From positions 1-18,338 of the forward strand of contig JASFYO010000065.1 of the NCBI GenBank assembly GCA_045047305.1: a stretch of DNA of 18,338 nt. Reading direction: 5' to 3'. Under the pieces are notes generated by a model. That model ran no database searches. It worked only from the letters and a program-made list of their open reading frames with translations, and was not told the origin of the DNA. Below, one piece after another: positions 14,133-18,338 of the stretch (its first letter is position 1; every line of letters starts with the position of its first letter). This DNA comes from Planctomycetota bacterium (lineage in GTDB: Bacteria; Planctomycetota; UBA1135). Both the position numbers and the translations under genes were made by a program.

Positions 14133-15181
14133 CGCACGTTACGGGGTGGATGACTGCTCAATGGAAAAAGCGCATGAGTGATGTCCTGTCCAACATTCAC
14201 AGTGGATCCAGGCATCGGGTCCAAGCCCAATAAGGCTAGACAGAGATTGGCGACGTCGGCGTTGCGGATGGGCGGCAACTGACCTGCTTGATTTGCCACA
14301 GGGTCAATCCCGGGATTGCGACGTGTGTCTGCACACAACTCATAAAGCTCTACCGATTTCCCCTGCGGCAAGTCTACGAATAAGGGGATGATGGTGTTAA
14401 TCCACATCATTCCGGGGCCGTAGTGATTGCTGTGTGGAACTCCACCACCGTGGTCCGACGTCACCACGATCGCAGTCTTGGCGCGCAAACCGGGGTTTTG
14501 ATCGAGGAAGTGGAGGATGCGGCCAATCTGTTGGTCTGCTGCCTGCACTGCATTCAAATAGGGTGAGCCTGGGGTGAGATCCCAACCTGATGCATGCCCG
14601 GCGTCATCGGGGCCGCGCAAATGCAGGAAGGTAAAAGTCCGTGGGTGCAATTGGGTGTCGAGCATGCGGAAAACCAATTGCATCTGTGCTTCGACATCGT
14701 CTTGGACCAAAGCAAAGTCCATTACTCGGGAGTCTAAGTCCGCGTTCCAACTTTGGGTGAAGAGGAGAAACTTTGCTTTGGAAACGATGAAAGCACCCTC
14801 GATACCGGCGGCGGAGGTTTGGTGGTAAATGCCTGGGATGATGGCACCCTCTGCATCTAGAAATTTGGCCTCAGCAGGTGGGTCTATGTTGGTGGTCCAG
14901 CCATGTCCCCCTAAACCGCCAGCTAAGCGACCGGTCAGCATGTCGGCATGATTGGGAAGAGTGACCGAATATTCCGGATCACAGCGTGCATTCAATGTGT
15001 GTGCGCCCAATAGGAGGCGTTGAAAGTTGGGTAGTCCCTCGCCGCCGTTGACCAGGAGGGCATCGCTACGCAAGCCGTCGACGCTGACCAGTAAGACATG
15101 ATCGAAGGGGGGGGCCGCAGGCGTTGGCGCTTGATCAGCATCCGGCGTCTGCGAAAATGAAAGCAGCAGGGACAGCAACAT
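14129..15181 (-). CDS. Alkaline-phosphatase-superfamily type I phosphodiesterase / nucleotide pyrophosphatase
   Basis: VSVDGLRSD, SVTLPNHADMLTG (Thr nucleophile), HLRGPDDAGH and VTSDHGG. Short hydrophobic N-terminus. ATGA overlap with glpK. Confidence 0.9.
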   Translation of the reverse strand: MLLSLLLSFSQTPDADQAPTPAAPPFDHVLLVSVDGLRSDALLVNGGEGLPNFQRLLLGAHTLNARCDPEYSVTLPNHADMLTGRLAGGLGGHGWTTNIDPPAEAKFLDAEGAIIPGIYHQTSAAGIEGAFIVSKAKFLLFTQSWNADLDSRVMDFALVQDDVEAQMQLVFRMLDTQLHPRTFTFLHLRGPDDAGHASGWDLTPGSPYLNAVQAADQQIGRILHFLDQNPGLRAKTAIVVTSDHGGGVPHSNHYGPGMMWINTIIPLFVDLPQGKSVELYELCADTRRNPGIDPVANQAGQLPPIRNADVANLCLALLGLDPMPGSTVNVGQDITHALFPLSSHPPRNVR

Positions 15182-15225
15182 TGTGCAGCATTGTCCCAGA
15201 AAACCGTCGTCGACGGGAAGCTAGC

Positions 15226-16395
15226 TCAAAGCTTCTTGCGCGGTTTTGGATTTTTGACTGGATAGGTATCGGAAACCCAAGCGCGCCAGGCAGTCTCTAC
15301 TTGAAGAATGCTCATGCCGAGGTGCTTTTTGAACAGCTCCCGTGACTGTTTCCGATCTTTGTAGCCCAGGAGTAGGGGTTTGAGCGCCTCTGGGTGCACG
15401 CTGGCAACCCAGTCGTAAAGGCTCCACGAAAGCGCATGCTCTTCACCCCACATGGTGCCGGATATTTTGCTGAGCAACTCTGGGAGTACACTTTTGTTGT
15501 GCTTGGTGAGGTATTTACGTACAGGTACATACCAACGACCATTTTCCCAATCGAGATTCGCATCGGCCTCGTCGATGCAATAGGTGGTGATTTGTTGGAA
15601 GCGTTTGTTCTCGTAGTAATGCGCTGCACCTACATCAAACCAGCCCGCCTTTTTGTTGCCAATCCATTCGGTGCGAAAAAGGTTACTCAGCAAAAGGTGG
15701 ATGCTTACGTGAACTCCGTTAGAAACAATCGCCATGCCCTTGTTTTCAAGGCCACGTTCTTTGCTCCAAGCAGAATAGGCGGGGTCCGGGCCAAATAGCT
15801 TGAACGCACCCTGGTCGTTGTTGCCGAGTATTTTTTGATTTACCAAAAGATGGTCTTTCGGATCGCCCCAAAACCATAATCGCGATCGCTTGGCGTAATG
15901 ATGCAATTTGGCACCGAACTGTTCATCCAGCAAGTTTGCAGCTTTTTCTGCTTCGGTGGCTAAGGCGTGCGCCACTTCATGTGCACTCATGCGATTTGAC
16001 CCATCTTTGATTTTTTCGCTATCAATGATGATGTCGAAATGCGGGGTGACAATGCGTACCAACTTGCGGTCGAATAGTTTTTCGGGGGGAGTTGGGTTGT
16101 CGTGGAAGCGTTGGGCGCGAAGCTGGAGCGTTTCCATTTCCACATTGCCGGGGCCGCCAGCGCACTTCTTGCAATCCACGAGGAGCGCTCCTTTGCAGTC
16201 TTTACATGAAGTGGCAACCGAGCAATAAAGTACCTGTTTTTCGGCTTGCTTAAGGTTTGAAGGATGCTTTTTGCATTCCTTGACTCCGGTTAGGTGGCAA
16301 ACTTGGCAGCCGTCGCCCACATCGTTTGGATCCACCTGTGCCGATCCCGTAACCGGAAAGGCGAGTAGAGCAATTAGGATGAGGGCGAAGCGCAT
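15226..16395 (-). CDS. Secreted hypothetical protein with an N-terminal Cys-rich domain and a degenerate zincin-like domain
   Basis: ATG 16395 gives the signal MRFALILIALLAFPVTGSA|Q, then CQVCH, CKKH, CSVATSCKDC and CKKC. Later motifs are TPHF, HVSIHLLL, GWFDVGAAHYYE and WRAWVSDTYP. Confidence 0.78.
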   Translation of the reverse strand: MRFALILIALLAFPVTGSAQVDPNDVGDGCQVCHLTGVKECKKHPSNLKQAEKQVLYCSVATSCKDCKGALLVDCKKCAGGPGNVEMETLQLRAQRFHDNPTPPEKLFDRKLVRIVTPHFDIIIDSEKIKDGSNRMSAHEVAHALATEAEKAANLLDEQFGAKLHHYAKRSRLWFWGDPKDHLLVNQKILGNNDQGAFKLFGPDPAYSAWSKERGLENKGMAIVSNGVHVSIHLLLSNLFRTEWIGNKKAGWFDVGAAHYYENKRFQQITTYCIDEADANLDWENGRWYVPVRKYLTKHNKSVLPELLSKISGTMWGEEHALSWSLYDWVASVHPEALKPLLLGYKDRKQSRELFKKHLGMSILQVETAWRAWVSDTYPVKNPKPRKKL

Positions 16396-16406
16396 GGCCG
16401 GTCTAT

Positions 16407-17351
16407 CTAGCCAATCCAAGTACCAGCCGCGTTACTTGCACTATTGAGTTCTACGGCTTGCAGCCAGACTGAACGTCCGACAAGAGTTCCAGGCACGTTC
16501 ACCGGAAAACTTCCGTTGCCGAGGGCGTCGGCAGTGGCAGCGCCGGCTTGGACAGGATTGCTTAGACCAAGAGTCGCATTCAGAGAGGCAATGAAAACGG
16601 AACCTCGACTAGCGAGTGAGCCGGCAAGGAAGACTGCCCCATTCGGAGTCGCGCCAGTGAATGCAAGACTGTTGGCACCGAGGACCATCGGCAACGGAAC
16701 TTCAAGGTGGAAGCTTGCGTTTTCCGTGCTGTTAGCGAATCCTGTAAAAGGGCCGTTGAAGGTGATGTCGCTGCTGACGCCAGTACCTGGATCAACCAGG
16801 GTCACGGTAATGCCCATGTCTAAGAAGTAGGTGATGGTGGTGCCACTCTGACTCACGTTTCCAGTCACAGGAGTTGGAGTCGATGCCACACCAGCAATCG
16901 ATTCGGTGCCACTGCCAAACAAGCCGCCCATCGTGTTGGTTCCGGCGGTGGTTGTGAGCACCACCATAGCGGTGAAATCTCCGTTTGGTGCGATGACGAA
17001 AGTTGGAGACGCGAGATGAAACTCCATGTTCTTAATGTCGAAGGTCGCCAACGGTGGAAAGAACGGAATCGGGTTGGGGATTTCACCGCTTAAGGTGGTG
17101 GGGCTAGTAAAAGCCAGCGCTCCATTGAGTGCGCCCGACGTATAAGGCGCATTGGCGCTGTCCAAGAGCAGCTCCACGCTGCCGCCGATACGGAAGGTGC
17201 TTGGGGAAAGGTTTACCGCGCCGATGCTGGTGTTCACGCTCCATGAGATCACGTTGTTGGGCTGATCAAGGACAGCCGAAAACTGTTCAGTTTGTGCAGC
17301 GAGCGGTGCTGCGAGCAGGCAGGCGAAAAGGGAAAGTGCAGTGCGGGACAT
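16407..17351 (-). CDS. Secreted beta-rich hypothetical (surface/extracellular) protein
   Basis: Signal MSRTALSLFACLLAAPLAA|Q, a Thr/Gly/Ser-rich body and a C-terminal ~100-aa module ending VWLQAVELNSASNA. Confidence 0.78.
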   Translation of the reverse strand: MSRTALSLFACLLAAPLAAQTEQFSAVLDQPNNVISWSVNTSIGAVNLSPSTFRIGGSVELLLDSANAPYTSGALNGALAFTSPTTLSGEIPNPIPFFPPLATFDIKNMEFHLASPTFVIAPNGDFTAMVVLTTTAGTNTMGGLFGSGTESIAGVASTPTPVTGNVSQSGTTITYFLDMGITVTLVDPGTGVSSDITFNGPFTGFANSTENASFHLEVPLPMVLGANSLAFTGATPNGAVFLAGSLASRGSVFIASLNATLGLSNPVQAGAATADALGNGSFPVNVPGTLVGRSVWLQAVELNSASNAAGTWIG

Positions 17352-17428
17352 GGCGTTGAGGTTGGGGATTAGTGGGAACTCCGGGGAATCCGGTGCAGTG
17401 CCATCCTAGCACTAGCAGTCGCAGTCGC

Positions 17429-18202
17429 TTACAAATCGTAATCCACGGTCAGGGGGGCGTGGTCGGAGAGGCGTACGTCTTTGTACACCGAAGACGCAGT
17501 GGCCTTCTTCGCGAGACCTGGGGTGCAAACTTGGTAATCAATCCGCCATCCAGTGTTGTTGGCATAAGCTTGTCCGCGATTCGACCACCAGGTATAGCCT
17601 TCACCTTCCGCTTCGGGGTAGAGGCTGCGGTAGGCATCGGTCCAACCGAGTTCGCCGAACACTTTGCTCATCCACTCGCGCTCCTCGGGCAAAAATCCAG
17701 ACTGCTTTTGGTTGCCACGCCAGTTTTTGATGTCTTTCTTGGTATGCGCAATATTCCAGTCACCGCAAACTACCACGTTGCGTTTCGATGCGCGCATCTT
17801 TTCAAGCCACGCGGCAAAACGCTCCATGCAAACATACTTAAATGCTTGGCGTTCGTCTTTGGCTGACCCTGAAGGCATATACAAACTCACCACGCTCAAA
17901 CGTCCGAAGTCGGCTTGCAGGAAGCGGCCTTCGCGGTCAAACTCTTCCCAACCGAGGCCGACAGTCACCTTATCCGGTTTGGTCTTGGAATAAATTGCAA
18001 CTCCACTGTAGCCAGGTTTTTGCGCATGATGATAAATCGCGTGCATGCCCGGCGGCGTGCGCATGACGTCGGTCATTTGGTGATCCTGAATCCGCGTTTC
18101 TTGCAGGCACAGGATGTCGGGGTTGTGCTTGGGAATCCAATCGAAAAAACCTTTGCGGTCGGCCGAGCGGATGCCATTAACATTGAGAGAAACGATGCGC
18201 AT
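17429..18202 (-). CDS. xth: Exodeoxyribonuclease III / AP endonuclease
   Basis: MRIVSLNVNGIRSA, DILCLQETR, GYSGVA, EGR, SLYMPSG, CGDWNIAH, SGFLPEER, YTWWS.R, GWRIDY and SDHAP. Start set to ATG 18202, 7 nt after the upstream stop. Confidence 0.96.
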   Translation of the reverse strand: MRIVSLNVNGIRSADRKGFFDWIPKHNPDILCLQETRIQDHQMTDVMRTPPGMHAIYHHAQKPGYSGVAIYSKTKPDKVTVGLGWEEFDREGRFLQADFGRLSVVSLYMPSGSAKDERQAFKYVCMERFAAWLEKMRASKRNVVVCGDWNIAHTKKDIKNWRGNQKQSGFLPEEREWMSKVFGELGWTDAYRSLYPEAEGEGYTWWSNRGQAYANNTGWRIDYQVCTPGLAKKATASSVYKDVRLSDHAPLTVDYDL

Positions 18203-18209
18203 GATGAAT

Positions 18210-18338
18210 CTAAATGGCGCCAAGCTGTTTCAGCTTAGCTTCTGCTTGAGGCGCCCAACCACGATTCGCAATCGGGCTAGCTGGGCTGGGATGAAGGACG
18301 AAGCCAATCTCCAAATCTAAGTCACCGAGTACGCGTTG
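18210..18338 (-). CDS. C-terminus of a SMUG1-family (family 3) uracil-DNA glycosylase, partial
   Basis: Not in the ORF track. Translation gives QRVLGDLDLEIGFVLHPSPASPIANRGWAPQAEAKLKQLGAI*. HPSPASP.ANRGW is the motif-2 signature of bacterial SMUG1. Confidence 0.88.
   Translation of the reverse strand, partial: QRVLGDLDLEIGFVLHPSPASPIANRGWAPQAEAKLKQLGAI

Overview
Bacterial chromosomal window, moderately GC-rich, using the standard code (several intact genes end in TGA). The protein style suggests Planctomycetota, which is an inference. Housekeeping content: a NUDIX-HD-argS operon (-), divergent pyrK and a Glu-type PTPS (PTPS-III-like) (+), tRNA-Pro(GGG), a PQQ/GSDH-family lipoprotein, a phosphodiesterase-glpK-LTA-synthase-like operon, two secreted hypothetical proteins, and a SMUG1-xth base-excision-repair pair. 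The highlight is a tandemly duplicated two-gene module (5634-10478, -): a secreted CxxC thioredoxin-like protein plus a secreted degenerate-zincin-like protein. In one copy the thioredoxin-like gene really starts at ATG 7985 and has two adjacent in-frame TGA codons just after the signal peptide (SPQ-TGA-TGA-GG). The paralog has Cys at this position (ADQ-C-GG), and a SECIS-like hairpin follows. This is a candidate exported selenoprotein with a vicinal Sec-Sec motif, which the ORF track splits into two pieces.
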